In this document: positions 1-9,833 of the stretch, one piece after another | Numbering within the stretch: the first letter of the stretch is position 1 | Layout: every line of letters starts with the position of its first letter | Assembly (NCBI GenBank): GCA_040751795.1 | Contig: JBFMHR010000001.1 | Location: forward strand, 1 to 64,000 | Direction of reading: 5' to 3' | Source: Thermoplasmatota archaeon | Lineage (GTDB): Archaea; Thermoplasmatota; Thermoplasmata; UBA10834 | Length of the DNA: 64,000 bases | Translations under genes and position numbers: made by a program | Notes under the pieces: model-generated | What the model was told of the DNA's origin: nothing | The model's database searches: none | Seen by the model: the letters and a program-made list of their open reading frames with translations, nothing else

Positions 1-989
1 TGTATCCTCCCACATATCGGGCACGTCCTGCTGCTGTATCTCGGGTCCACCTTGACGACGGGGACCCCTCTCCACTCCGCCTTGTACTCGATGATCTGGT
101 GGAGCTTCCTCCTGGGCCATGAGCTCACGCGCCTGCTGAGCGCCTTGTCCCTGACTCGCCTGGGAGCGCCCCGCAGGTCCTCCAGCACTATGGCCGCCTT
201 CTCCTCCTCGGCGAACCTCAGCACGGCGTCCGCCACCTGGTACATCCTGTGCTCGACCCTGTCGTGCTCCGTCCTGCCCTCGCGCCTGCCCAGGCGCCTC
301 GAGGTGCGCCTGTCGTAGGCCTTCTTCTTCTGGAGCCTCCTGCGCCTGTCGTGGTGCCTGGACTGGATCTCCGCGACGTCCGAGTAGTCGGCCTTGACGG
401 GAGTGATTCGCTCCCTCCCGGCGAGCACACCGTCCATGCTCCTCTCGTTCGTGTCGAGGGAGAGGACCACCTCAGGCTCGTACGGTCTTGCGGTCCCCTT
501 CCTGAAGGCTATTATGACTCTGTCCGGGAGGAGCGTGAGGGACCCGAGGGTCAGGGAGGGGTCGTCCAGGTACCTGCGGTGGTACCGGCTTACCACGAGC
601 CTCAGCTTGACGTGCAAACCCGCCCTTATGGGGAGGTCCACGACGCCGTTCTCCCTGTCGAGCTTGTACGCCTGGTTCTCGGCCTTCATCATCGGACGCC
701 TGACATATGGGACCGCACGGGCCCTCCCCTCCCGGACGCGCCTCCGGTGGTTCCTGAGGAGGCTCGCGGCGACCTCGAAGGAGCAGACCAGGTGTTGGGA
801 GTACATCATCGGATGCTCCTTCCGGAAGTCCTTGTATGCCAGTCTGACGAGGGCGTTCCTCGATGTCACCCTCGCCAGGAGCCCTGCCCTGACCGCTTCG
901 TTGACCGCGAGCCGGAAGTCCTGGAGGAGGAGAGCCGCCTCGGGAGGCAGCTCCGAGGCCAGCCTGAATGCGACCCCTCCGACAGGCAT
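1..989 (-). CDS. tnpB: TnpB-like RNA-guided endonuclease (IS200/IS605 family), 3' end runs off the window
   Basis: Manual translation (missing from the ORF track): MPVGGVAFRL...VLSLDTNERS (RuvC-I D)...IVLEDLRG (RuvC-II E)...IIEYKAEWRGVPVVKVDPRYSSRTCPICGRI (Zn finger). TTATATA box ~25 nt upstream. Confidence 0.88.
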   Translation of the reverse strand, partial: MPVGGVAFRLASELPPEAALLLQDFRLAVNEAVRAGLLARVTSRNALVRLAYKDFRKEHPMMYSQHLVCSFEVAASLLRNHRRRVREGRARAVPYVRRPMMKAENQAYKLDRENGVVDLPIRAGLHVKLRLVVSRYHRRYLDDPSLTLGSLTLLPDRVIIAFRKGTARPYEPEVVLSLDTNERSMDGVLAGRERITPVKADYSDVAEIQSRHHDRRRRLQKKKAYDRRTSRRLGRREGRTEHDRVEHRMYQVADAVLRFAEEEKAAIVLEDLRGAPRRVRDKALSRRVSSWPRRKLHQIIEYKAEWRGVPVVKVDPRYSSRTCPICGRI

Positions 990-1155
990 GGATGAAGAGA
1001 GAGGCTTCAGTATATAACGGCCCAGCGGCTGCATGTAGCCAAAGGGCGTGTCTTCAGGCACGCCAGATGGTCTTGACCACCCGGATTGTGACAGAACCGA
1101 GACCTGATAAGCTTATTATATCGTCCGCCGTTCCTGTGCGTAAGGCTGACGCCAC

Positions 1156-2808
1156 ATGCCAGTCATCAACTTCAGCTACTCCGACCTCTGCGGGCTGGTG
1201 GGGTACGACGTCCCGAAGGCAGTGCTAATGGAGAGGCTGCCCATGATCGGCGCGGACCCTAGGTGCGCGGACGAGGCCACGGACGAGATGTCCTTCGAGT
1301 TCTTCCCCGACAGGCCGGACCTCTACTCCGTGGAGGGCGTCGCCAGGGCGCTGAGGGCGTTCCTGGGCAGGGAGCCGGGGCTGAGGTCCTATGCGGTCGC
1401 GCCGTCCGATGTCGAGCTCAGGGTGGACCCGTCCGTCGAGGGCGTGAGGCCGCACATATGGTCCGCCCTGGTAGAGGGGCTGGACGTGGACGACAGGCTC
1501 ATCAGGTCGATGATGGACCTGCAAGAGAAGCTGCACGTCACCCTGGGCCGCAACAGGAGGAAGGTGGCCATCGGGCTGCACGATTTCTCCACGGTGAAGC
1601 CTCCCTTCACGTACAGGGCGGTGGGGCCGCACGAGGTCCGTTTCGTGCCCCTGCAGGGGGACGGGGAGATGGACCTCGCCGAGATCCTGGTGGCCCACGA
1701 GAAGGGGCGCGCCTATTCGGGGATCCTCGAGGGCAAGGGCGCCTACCCGGTCATACTGGACAGCGTTGGCGAGGTCCTGTCATTCCCTCCGATCATCAAC
1801 GGCGTGAGGACGACCGTCTCCGAGTCGACCAGGGACGTGCTCGTCGACTGCACGGGGACCGACGCGAACGCGGTGAGGGGCGCCGTCAACATAGTCACGA
1901 CAGCCCTCGCGGAGCGGGGCGGCAGGGTGCGCTCCGTCAAGGTCGTCGGCGGGGGCGGGATGGCGAGGGCGCCCGACCTGGCCCCCCGGCGGATCGAGCT
2001 CGACGCCAGCTACGTCGACAGGTGGCTGGGGACGAGGCTGGGCCCCGGAGTGATGGCCGAATGCCTCGGGCGCATGGGCCACGGCGCGACGCCCGCGGGG
2101 GACGGCGTCAGCGTGATGGTGCCGCCGTACAGGCTGGACATCCTCCACCCCGTCGACCTGGCCGAGGATGTGGCGATCGGCCACGGCTTCGAGAGGTTCG
2201 GCGACAGGCTCCCGTCGCGGTTCACGGGCGGCAGGCCCGACGCGGTGGCGGACTTCTGCTCGAGGCTGAGGCCCGTGATGATGGGGCTCGGCTACACGGA
2301 GGTCACCGCCCTGACGCTCTCCAGCGCTGCGGAGCAGTACGACGCGCTCGGCCTGGAGAGGGACCCGTCCGCCGCGCGCATACTCAACCCGGTGACCGAG
2401 GACCACGAGCTCCTCAGGGCTTCCCTGCTGCCCGGCCTCATCGGCATACTGAGGAGGAACAAGCACCGCGAGCTCCCCCAGAGGATATTCGAGACGGGGG
2501 AGGTCGTCCGGGGCACGAAGAACAGGGCGATGCTGTCCGGCGTCTCGGTCCACCCGAAGGCGAGCTTCACCGAGGCCAAGTCGGACGTGCAGTCGCTCAT
2601 GCAGGCGGTGGGGCTCCGGTGCGAGGTGGCCGCGGCCGAGCACGGCGCCTTCATCCGCGGGCGCTGCGCCGTCGTGATGAGCGAGGGGAACCCGGTGGGG
2701 ACCCTCGGCGAGGTGTCCCCGGCCACGCTCGCGGCGTTCGGCCTCGGGTACCCCGCCGCGGCCTTCGAGATCGACGCGGAGGAGCTCCTAGCCCTCCGCT
2801 CACGCTAG
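1156..2808 (+). CDS. pheT: Phenylalanyl-tRNA synthetase beta subunit (archaeal type)
   Basis: PDRPDLYSVEGVARAL, SFPPIING, PPYRLDILHPVDLAEDVAIGHG motifs. Confidence 0.96.
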   Translation: MPVINFSYSDLCGLVGYDVPKAVLMERLPMIGADPRCADEATDEMSFEFFPDRPDLYSVEGVARALRAFLGREPGLRSYAVAPSDVELRVDPSVEGVRPHIWSALVEGLDVDDRLIRSMMDLQEKLHVTLGRNRRKVAIGLHDFSTVKPPFTYRAVGPHEVRFVPLQGDGEMDLAEILVAHEKGRAYSGILEGKGAYPVILDSVGEVLSFPPIINGVRTTVSESTRDVLVDCTGTDANAVRGAVNIVTTALAERGGRVRSVKVVGGGGMARAPDLAPRRIELDASYVDRWLGTRLGPGVMAECLGRMGHGATPAGDGVSVMVPPYRLDILHPVDLAEDVAIGHGFERFGDRLPSRFTGGRPDAVADFCSRLRPVMMGLGYTEVTALTLSSAAEQYDALGLERDPSAARILNPVTEDHELLRASLLPGLIGILRRNKHRELPQRIFETGEVVRGTKNRAMLSGVSVHPKASFTEAKSDVQSLMQAVGLRCEVAAAEHGAFIRGRCAVVMSEGNPVGTLGEVSPATLAAFGLGYPAAAFEIDAEELLALRSR

Positions 2809-2863
2809 GCACCGTCGAAACCCTATTATGGCCGCGGGGGCGATGGGAGGCCGCCGCCCACAT

Positions 2864-2953
2864 GCTGAGGTAGCCAAGCCCGGATCACGGCGCCAGCCTT
2901 GAGAGCTGGTGGTACCACGTACCTCGGGAGTTCGAATCTCCCCCTCAGCGCCA
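2864..2953 (+). tRNA. tRNA-Ser(TGA)
   Basis: Acceptor GCTGAGG/CCTCAGC, anticodon arm CCAGC-CTTGAGA-GCTGG, long variable arm, GTTCGAATC, encoded CCA. Confidence 0.95.
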
Positions 2954-3012
2954 GGGATCCGGGGAGAACACTATAAATAGGCCCCAACATCGTTAACGAG
3001 ACATCGAACGCA

Positions 3013-5667
3013 TTGGAAGCTGGAGGACCTCCTTTGATCTCCGTGCTCCTTGTCGACGACGAACCCGCCCTCCTCGAGCTGGCCAAGTTCTTCCTGGAGA
3101 GGAACGAAGACATCACCGCGGCCGCGGCCTCCAGCGCGAAGGAGGCGACGGAGATGATGCGCACGGAGCGGTACGACGCCGTCGTCTGCGACTACCAGAT
3201 GCCGGGGATGGACGGCCTCGAGTTCCTTAAGGCGCTGAGGGCGCAGAAGGACGACATACCCTTCGTGCTCTTCACGGGCAAGGGGAGGGAGGACGTCGCC
3301 ATCGAGGCGCTCAACTCCGGCGCGGACTTCTACCTCCAGAAGGGAGGGGACCCCAACTCCCAGTTCGCGGAGCTCGCCAACATGATCAGGGCGTCGGTCG
3401 CGGCGCTCAGGTCGGAGAGGGAGCTCGCCAGGAGCGAGGAGCGGTTCAGGCTCCTCGCCGAGAACTCCAAGGACCTCGTCTTCCGCTACGAGCTCCTCCC
3501 CGAGCCGAGGTTCGAGTACGTCTCGCCTTCCGCGACCCGCATCGTGGGCTACACCCCCGAGGAGCACTACGCGAATCCCCGGCTGGGGATGGACCTGGTC
3601 CACCCGGACGACAGGCACCACCTCCAGGCGCTCCTCGAGGGGACGCGCGACCCGGCGACGCCCCTGGTCGTCCGCTGGATGACCAAGGACGGGCGGCTCA
3701 TATGGACGGAGCAGAGGCTCGTGCCAATCAGGGACCCCGCCGGGAGGACCGTCGCCATCGAGGGGACGGCGATAGACGTCACGGAGAGGGTCAACGCGGA
3801 GGAGGAGCTGAGGCGGTCGGAGGCGGAGTACAGGAGGCTCGTCATGACGGTCCCCTCGCTCATCTGCAGGCTCGCGACCGACGGGAGGACCCTCTTCGTG
3901 AACGAGCACCTGAAGGAGGTGACCGGCTACGCCCCGGAGGAGCTGGTCGGCCGCAACTGGTGGGACGTGCTCTTCCCCGGCAACCTGAGGGGCCAGGTCG
4001 ACTCCCTGATGCAGGACCTGGGCAGCAGGGACGTGTGGGGGAGGGAGATGACCCTGCTCGACAAGGCGGGGTCGACCAAGACGCTCCTCTGGAGCTCATT
4101 CAACGAGCGGTCCGGGGACGGCAGGGAGCTGCAGGAGCTCAACTTCGCTGCCATTGACGTCACGGCGAGGAAGGCCGCTGAGAACGCGCTCAGGGAGAGC
4201 GGGGCCTTCAACAGGGCGGTCCTCGACTCGCTGGACGCGAACATCGCGGTGCTCGACGGCGTGGGCCGCATCGTGGCCGTCAACAAGAGCTGGCTCGTCT
4301 TCGCGGGGGTCAACGACGCGGACCTCTCGAAGGTGGGCGTGGGGTGCGACTACCTCGCCGTGTGCGAGGTGGCCGCCGCCGACGGAGACGAATCCGCGAG
4401 GAGGGTGGCGGACGCGGTCCGCGAGGTCCTGATGGGGATCAGGAGCACCTTCTCGATGGAGTACCCCTGCGACTCCCCCGAGAGGAAGAGGTGGTTCATG
4501 CTCGACGTGACCCCCCTCCCCAGGAGGCGCGGGGGCGCGGTGGTCTCCCACATGGACATCACCCCGAGGAAGACCATGGAGGAGGCGCTGAAGGCCAGCG
4601 AGGCGCACTACAGGTCCATCTTCGAGGCCACCGGCACGGCGATGGCCATAATCGCTGAGGACGACACCCTCGTCCTGGTCAACTCTGAGTTCGAGAAGCT
4701 CTCGGGGCGCTCCAAGGCGGAGCTGGAGGGGAAGGTGAGGTGGCGCTCGCTGCTGGACCCGAAGGACCTCGCGGCCGTCTTGGAATACGACCGCTCGAGG
4801 TTCGAGGACCCGGCGAGCGTGCCGAAGGCGTTCCAGCTCACTGCGAGGGACAGGTTCGGGGCCCAGAGGTCCGTCCTGGCCAACGCGGCCGTCGTCCCGG
4901 GCACCAGGCGGACCATCATATCCGTCCTGGACGAGACCGAGAGGAGGAGGTACGAGGACGCCGCCCACCAGGCGAGCAAGAAGCTGGACCTCCTGGCCAG
5001 GATCACGAGGCATGACATCCTGAACCAGCTGGCGGTCCTCTTCGGCTACCTGGAGCTCGCGAGGGAGAGGTCCAAGGACGAGCAGATGCTCCCCCTCCTC
5101 GCCAAGGCCGCGGCCGCGAGCGAGTCGATAAGGAGGCACCTGGAGTTCGCACGCGACTACCAGAACATGGGGACCAAGCGACCACAGTGGGTCGACATCC
5201 AGGCCACGTGCAGGAGGGTCGCCTCGAACGTGGAGCTCAAGGGCGTCCGGCTGGTCGCCGAGCTCGGCGGCGTGGAGGTCTTCGCCGACCCCATGCTCGA
5301 GAAGGTGTTCTACAACCTCCTCGACAACACCATGAAGCACGGGAAGAGGGCCACCATCGCGTCCTTCGGGTACTCCGCCGGGGCCGACGGGATGAGGCTC
5401 GTGTACCAGGACGACGGGGTCGGCGTCCCCGGGGCGGACAAGGCATCCATCTTCGAGAGGAGCGAGGGGGACATCGAGGGCAGGAGGGGGTACGGCCTGT
5501 ACCTCGCGCGGGAGATACTCAGCATCACGGGGATCACCATCTCCGAGACGGGCAGGGAGGGGGAGGGGGCCAGGTTCGAGATGTTCGTCCCGAGGGGCAG
5601 GTACCGGACGAAGAGGGAGCCGGACAAACGCAGGGGCCGGGGCAAGGCGCGCCGGACGGCGCACTGA
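3013..5667 (+). CDS. Hybrid sensor histidine kinase (REC-PAS x4-HisKA-HATPase)
   Basis: N-terminal VLLVDDE...DYQMPGMDG receiver, several PAS/PAC repeats, RHDILNQL H-box, NLLDN/DDGVG/GYGLYL ATPase boxes. Confidence 0.92.
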   Translation: MEAGGPPLISVLLVDDEPALLELAKFFLERNEDITAAAASSAKEATEMMRTERYDAVVCDYQMPGMDGLEFLKALRAQKDDIPFVLFTGKGREDVAIEALNSGADFYLQKGGDPNSQFAELANMIRASVAALRSERELARSEERFRLLAENSKDLVFRYELLPEPRFEYVSPSATRIVGYTPEEHYANPRLGMDLVHPDDRHHLQALLEGTRDPATPLVVRWMTKDGRLIWTEQRLVPIRDPAGRTVAIEGTAIDVTERVNAEEELRRSEAEYRRLVMTVPSLICRLATDGRTLFVNEHLKEVTGYAPEELVGRNWWDVLFPGNLRGQVDSLMQDLGSRDVWGREMTLLDKAGSTKTLLWSSFNERSGDGRELQELNFAAIDVTARKAAENALRESGAFNRAVLDSLDANIAVLDGVGRIVAVNKSWLVFAGVNDADLSKVGVGCDYLAVCEVAAADGDESARRVADAVREVLMGIRSTFSMEYPCDSPERKRWFMLDVTPLPRRRGGAVVSHMDITPRKTMEEALKASEAHYRSIFEATGTAMAIIAEDDTLVLVNSEFEKLSGRSKAELEGKVRWRSLLDPKDLAAVLEYDRSRFEDPASVPKAFQLTARDRFGAQRSVLANAAVVPGTRRTIISVLDETERRRYEDAAHQASKKLDLLARITRHDILNQLAVLFGYLELARERSKDEQMLPLLAKAAAASESIRRHLEFARDYQNMGTKRPQWVDIQATCRRVASNVELKGVRLVAELGGVEVFADPMLEKVFYNLLDNTMKHGKRATIASFGYSAGADGMRLVYQDDGVGVPGADKASIFERSEGDIEGRRGYGLYLAREILSITGITISETGREGEGARFEMFVPRGRYRTKREPDKRRGRGKARRTAH

Positions 5668-5728
5668 CTCGGACCACCCTTCTTAAGCGCTATCGAAACC
5701 TTCTTTATGCACTGACCGAATAGATTCC

Positions 5729-5980
5729 GGTCTGTGTTCAGGCTTGCGGACGGGCCTGCCGGCGCCCCACATCGCAGAACTAATAGGGGGGAGCTAGGGC
5801 CGGGCACTCGCCCGGCGATCGACGGCTGTCGACATGGATTCTGTGTGGGGTGCGGACGGATTCCGCATGCAGGGCCGCGGCCATCAGTCTGGACGCAGAG
5901 GAGACTACGGGGGAGACCGTAGCGGCGGTGGACCCCCGGCGCTGGCGAACGCCGCCGCCGGGGCCCCGCGAACCTTTTTC
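5729..5980 (+). ncRNA. Candidate structured non-coding RNA, family unassigned
   Basis: TATA-like TTTATG at 5704; 14-bp closing stem 5731-5744/5886-5899 with 3 G-U pairs; nested stems; T-tract near 5975; no credible ORF. Confidence 0.55.
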
Positions 5981-5987
5981 CCCACCC

Positions 5988-6911
5988 TCAGGCGGCGTGC
6001 CTGCCCGTGGGCTCCCCCGTGTTCAGAAGATAGACGCCGGCGAACGCCACGAGCCCGCCCATGAGCGCGAGGGGGAGGCTGCGCGGAAGGATCATCTCCG
6101 CCCCGGGCACGGCTGCCAGGACGAGGAGCTGGACGCCTACAGTCATTATCCCGACGAGGGCGAAGAGCACCGACGTCAGGCTCGCGCCTATCTTGGGGAG
6201 GCCCGCATAGTATGTCAGGATGCCCACGGCGGGGAAGCACCCGAGCCCGAGGAGGACGAGGAGCCCTGCCGCGTCGGGCCACGACAGCAGCCCGAACGGG
6301 GCCCCCATGGCCAGGAGGAGCGCCCCCGACAGCAACATCTCGATCCCGGACACGGGGACGAGCCCGTGGGACCTCAGCAGCACCGCGGTCATCACCACCG
6401 AGACCGCGAGGAGGAAGGAGCTGATGATCGCCTCCGCCTCGCCCAGCCCGATGTCCAGCGACAGCGTCTCCGCGTTGGCCAGGACCATGAACACGCCGAG
6501 GAGGATGAGGACGCTCCCGGACGTCTCCCGCCTGCTCAGCCTCTCGCCGAGGAACGCGGCGGACAGGAGGACTATGAAGAGGACCTCCGAGGAGCCTCCG
6601 CCGAGGATCGCCTCCTTGCTCGCCCCTATCCTCCCGACCGCATCGAACCACAGGAGCACCCCGAGGGCTATGAACACCGAGGTCGCGAGCATGAACATCC
6701 ATCCCCGGCGGCCGAGGTCGCGCGCGACCCTCCCCGACCTCGAGGGCATGGCGGCGACCAGCGCCAGGCCAGCGACGATCGACGGCACGGCGGAGACCAC
6801 GAACGAGCCTATCCCGAATGTGTTTATGGCGGCCTCGACCCCGACGGACTCGAAGGCGACCACCAGCGCTGAGAACATCACGATGCCCATGTACTTGCGC
6901 CTGGTGTCCAA
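5988..6911 (-). CDS. DMT/EamA family transporter
   Basis: About 10 hydrophobic segments in two repeats; AAFLGERLS motif. Confidence 0.85.
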   Translation of the reverse strand: MDTRRKYMGIVMFSALVVAFESVGVEAAINTFGIGSFVVSAVPSIVAGLALVAAMPSRSGRVARDLGRRGWMFMLATSVFIALGVLLWFDAVGRIGASKEAILGGGSSEVLFIVLLSAAFLGERLSRRETSGSVLILLGVFMVLANAETLSLDIGLGEAEAIISSFLLAVSVVMTAVLLRSHGLVPVSGIEMLLSGALLLAMGAPFGLLSWPDAAGLLVLLGLGCFPAVGILTYYAGLPKIGASLTSVLFALVGIMTVGVQLLVLAAVPGAEMILPRSLPLALMGGLVAFAGVYLLNTGEPTGRHAA

Positions 6912-7046
6912 GGGTCCCGGCCCCCGATGGCCGCCTGGCCCCTAAACCTTTCCGAGACGGCCTCGCGAAAGGCGACGTCCGCAATACTTTTATGTGCGCG
7001 CGCGCCCATGAATACCGCGTCAGGGCTGACACAGGGATGGGAACCC

Positions 7047-7334
7047 ATGTGCAGGTACAGCTACCGTAGCGGCGCGTGTGCCAACAGGCACGTCGAGAGC
7101 CTCGAGTGCGTGGGAGAGGACAGGTGCGAGCATTCTCAGCTCAACGTCCTCACGAGGAGGGGCGGCCCCGGCGCCCAGGGCGACTGCGGCCTCGGCAAGT
7201 GGATGGGGCTGTACTGCGAGAAGTACGGCAGGTTCTACTGCGCCGGCAAGGACCGGTGCGACAACCACGAGGTCTACATGAGGCACTTCACCCAGCACCA
7301 GGAATCGCTGGCCCGCAGGTTCCAGGAGGAGTGA
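7047..7334 (+). CDS. Small Cys-rich protein (8 Cys)
   Basis: MCRYSYRSGAC...GLYCEKYGRFYCAGKDRC; host-like codon usage. Confidence 0.75.
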   Translation: MCRYSYRSGACANRHVESLECVGEDRCEHSQLNVLTRRGGPGAQGDCGLGKWMGLYCEKYGRFYCAGKDRCDNHEVYMRHFTQHQESLARRFQEE

Positions 7335-7336
7335 GG

Positions 7337-7576
7337 ATGCACTGCAGGTACCTGACCAAGGACGGCCTGTGCACCGGGAAGTACTCCGGTTACGCCTGCA
7401 TAAAGGGCCACTGCACGCTCGTCAAGGAGTCGAAGGCGTGCGAGCACCACGAACCCACCGGCGACTACTGCAGGAAGTACGCCAGGTTCGGGTGCGTGGG
7501 CAGGGACAACTGCGAGTCGCTCGCCGACTACCTCGACACCGTGTCGGAGGATCAGGCCGAGCCCTCGGGCTCGTAG
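7337..7576 (+). CDS. Small Cys-rich protein (8 Cys), paralog of the upstream gene
   Basis: MHCRYLTKDGLC...GDYCRKYARFGCVGRDNC; AGGAGG SD, starts 2 nt after the upstream stop. Confidence 0.75.
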   Translation: MHCRYLTKDGLCTGKYSGYACIKGHCTLVKESKACEHHEPTGDYCRKYARFGCVGRDNCESLADYLDTVSEDQAEPSGS

Positions 7577-8541
7577 AGCTCCTTCCTGAGCCGGGGTATC
7601 AGCGCCATCAGGACCGCTATCTCGCTCAGCGCCGTGCGGTCGATCAGCCCGTCCGACAGGTAGCCTATCGATCCCGACCGCCTCCCTATGTCCTCGATGC
7701 CCGTGATGGCCGACATCGTGTCGCCCACCGAGCGGCCTGCGACTACCGCGTCCGTGACCTCCGGGGGGTACTCGAAGCCCGGCCCACGGCCCACGGTGAC
7801 CCGCCCGGAGGCGTCGGCGATGGCGCAGTACTGCACGTCCACGTACCTCCCCGAGAACGGGTCCCTGACCAGTCCGGCCTCTATGCCGACGCCGTAGTCC
7901 GCGCCCGTCCTCTCGATGGAGTTGCGGGCGCGCCGGGTCGCGCCCTCCAGGATCCTGTCGTTCAGGGGCTGCCTCTCCACGCCATGGTCGGGGTCCACGC
8001 TGACCACCTCGACCATGCCGAAGGCCTGCGCGAAGACGTTCCGCGCGGCGTCGACCTTGACCCTGTTCGTGGAGCCGACGGCGACCTTGAGGGGCCTCAT
8101 CAGCCTTCCGTCCTTGTCTATCTCGCCCTTCACGATCCTGGTCGCGCTTATCGGCTCCGAGTCGTCGGCCTTGACCTCGCGGATGCTGTACACCCTCAAC
8201 GGCCCCAGCCCGTTCCTCCGCCTCTGCTCGTTTATCGCATCTGCGTTCACCCGCGTCTCGGGCGAGACGACTATCGCGTCGATCTTCTCGGACGTGGCGG
8301 CCGTGCCCAGGATGTCGGATATCATCACTATCTCGAAGGGCTTCCCGTAGCGGGCCAGGAAGCCCGCGAGGGCCTCCTTCCTCTCGAAGTAGGGGAGGAC
8401 CTCGACCTTCCGGGACGCCCTGGCGAACTCGTCGGAAGTGAGGCCGACCTCGACCTCGTCCCCGAGCGAGAACGCCGTCTCGAAGAGGAGCTCGTGCCCC
8501 TTGTGTATGATGTTGAAGGTCCCTCCGATCCCGACGCGCAT
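7552..8541 (-). CDS. coaD: Bifunctional phosphopantetheine adenylyltransferase / inosine-xanthosine triphosphatase (CoaD-YjjX fusion)
   Basis: GGTFNIIHKGH (HxGH), IVVSPET, PISATRI, then VAVGSTNRVK...GVGIEAGL (YjjX); true start is MRVGIGG at 8541. Confidence 0.9.
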   Translation of the reverse strand: MRVGIGGTFNIIHKGHELLFETAFSLGDEVEVGLTSDEFARASRKVEVLPYFERKEALAGFLARYGKPFEIVMISDILGTAATSEKIDAIVVSPETRVNADAINEQRRRNGLGPLRVYSIREVKADDSEPISATRIVKGEIDKDGRLMRPLKVAVGSTNRVKVDAARNVFAQAFGMVEVVSVDPDHGVERQPLNDRILEGATRRARNSIERTGADYGVGIEAGLVRDPFSGRYVDVQYCAIADASGRVTVGRGPGFEYPPEVTDAVVAGRSVGDTMSAITGIEDIGRRSGSIGYLSDGLIDRTALSEIAVLMALIPRLRKELYEPEGSA

Positions 8542-8546
8542 CCCGG

Positions 8547-8744
8547 CTACCCCACCATCGTGAACGCTATGGCGAGGACCATTATGATGACCATGATGAC
8601 GTAGAAGTAGGTGAGCTGGTTCTTCTTCCTCCTCATCTTGCCCTTCCAGTCGTCCTCGCACTTGCTGTCGCAGAACTCGTCCTTGTACGGTATCGCCTTC
8701 TCGCAGCTGCGGCAATGCCTGTGCTGGGCCAGACGCTCGACCAT
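8547..8744 (-). CDS. DUF2116-like Zn-ribbon membrane protein
   Basis: HRHCRSCEKAIP...FCDSKC followed by one TM helix. Confidence 0.8.
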   Translation of the reverse strand: MVERLAQHRHCRSCEKAIPYKDEFCDSKCEDDWKGKMRRKKNQLTYFYVIMVIIMVLAIAFTMVG

Positions 8745-8808
8745 GTGACTCGCCGGCTTGAGAACAATGATTGGGGATATAGCGTTTCCCCATTGGCACG
8801 CAGGCGCC

Positions 8809-9741
8809 TCAGGCCCGCGGCTCGACCCTGACGCCCTCGCAGCCCACGGCGACGATCAGGGGCCTGCAGCCCGCCTGGAGTATCGCCCCAGAGGCCGCCT
8901 CAGGGTCGTCCGTGAGGGCGATCATGCTGCCCCCGCCCCCGGCGCCCGTCAGCTTCGCGCCGTAGCTCACCCCCGCGCAGGCCTCCACGGCGGCGTCGAG
9001 CATCGGATGGCCCACCCCCAGGGAGTTGAGCAGCAGGTGGTTCTCCGACATGAGCCTCCCGACCTTCGCCTTGTCCTGCCGGCCCAGCGCCTCGGCGCCC
9101 TCCATGACTATCTCGGCTATCCTGTCGACCGCCCTCGCCGCGTCCCTGTCCCCCTCGACGAGCCTGCGGACCTTGGCGACGAGCGGGCCCGTCGACGCGT
9201 GGATCCCGGTGTGGCCCACGACGACGGTGAGGGGCGGCACATCCCTGTGGTGGACGCACCATGCCCTCTCCCCCTTCTCTATCCGCCACAGGAAGCCGTC
9301 GAGCTCCTCGGGCCCCACGAGGACCCCGTGGCCGTTGCAGGATGTGGAGGTGTCGGTCGGGCTCGCCCCTCCCTGGACCCTGAGCTCCACCTCGAAGGAC
9401 TTCCGCGCGATCGCCTCCGGCTGGAACCTCCCCTTCTCGGCCAGCATGGCCCCCACCGAGGAGACCGTGACCGCCGCCGAAGAGCCGAGCCCGGAGCCCG
9501 ACGGTATCCTCGAGCGGGTGGAGATCTCCACGGGCGGCCCGCCCCAGGCCTCGTCCAGGGCCGCCGACAGGTACGCGTGGTGCTGCTTCTTCATCGGGCG
9601 CCCGTTGACGAGGTAGTCGTCCGACCTGGAGATGGACGTGGTGATGCGGAGGTCTATGGCCAGCGCGAGGGCCGGCTTCCCGAACACCACCGCGTGCTCC
9701 CCGAAGAGTATCATCTTCCCCGGGGCCGAGCACCGCTTCAT
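8809..9741 (-). CDS. mvk: Mevalonate kinase (GHMP family)
   Basis: APGKMILFGEHAVVFG, PSGSGLGSSAA, GAKLTGAGGGG. Confidence 0.93.
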   Translation of the reverse strand: MKRCSAPGKMILFGEHAVVFGKPALALAIDLRITTSISRSDDYLVNGRPMKKQHHAYLSAALDEAWGGPPVEISTRSRIPSGSGLGSSAAVTVSSVGAMLAEKGRFQPEAIARKSFEVELRVQGGASPTDTSTSCNGHGVLVGPEELDGFLWRIEKGERAWCVHHRDVPPLTVVVGHTGIHASTGPLVAKVRRLVEGDRDAARAVDRIAEIVMEGAEALGRQDKAKVGRLMSENHLLLNSLGVGHPMLDAAVEACAGVSYGAKLTGAGGGGSMIALTDDPEAASGAILQAGCRPLIVAVGCEGVRVEPRA

Positions 9742-9833
9742 GGGGGACCTTCAGCCCCTAGTCACGATATATCCTTTTCCGCGCCTCGAGGGAAGCGTTT
9801 ATTACTCATCCGAGGGCTTCACTCAGCCTGCCG

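Noticed and set aside
52-1017. Plus-strand ORFs of 88-248 aa
   Set aside because: Antisense shadows of the minus-strand TnpB, which the track missed because its stop codon is outside the window.
5729-5980. SRP RNA or a known riboswitch
   Set aside because: No SRP helix-8 or Alu motif recognised, and no same-strand gene lies downstream to regulate.
7552-8799. 415-aa extended ORF, and the CoaD-YjjX fusion as a novelty
   Set aside because: The extension overlaps the DUF2116-like gene, and the fusion is already known in Thermoplasmata.
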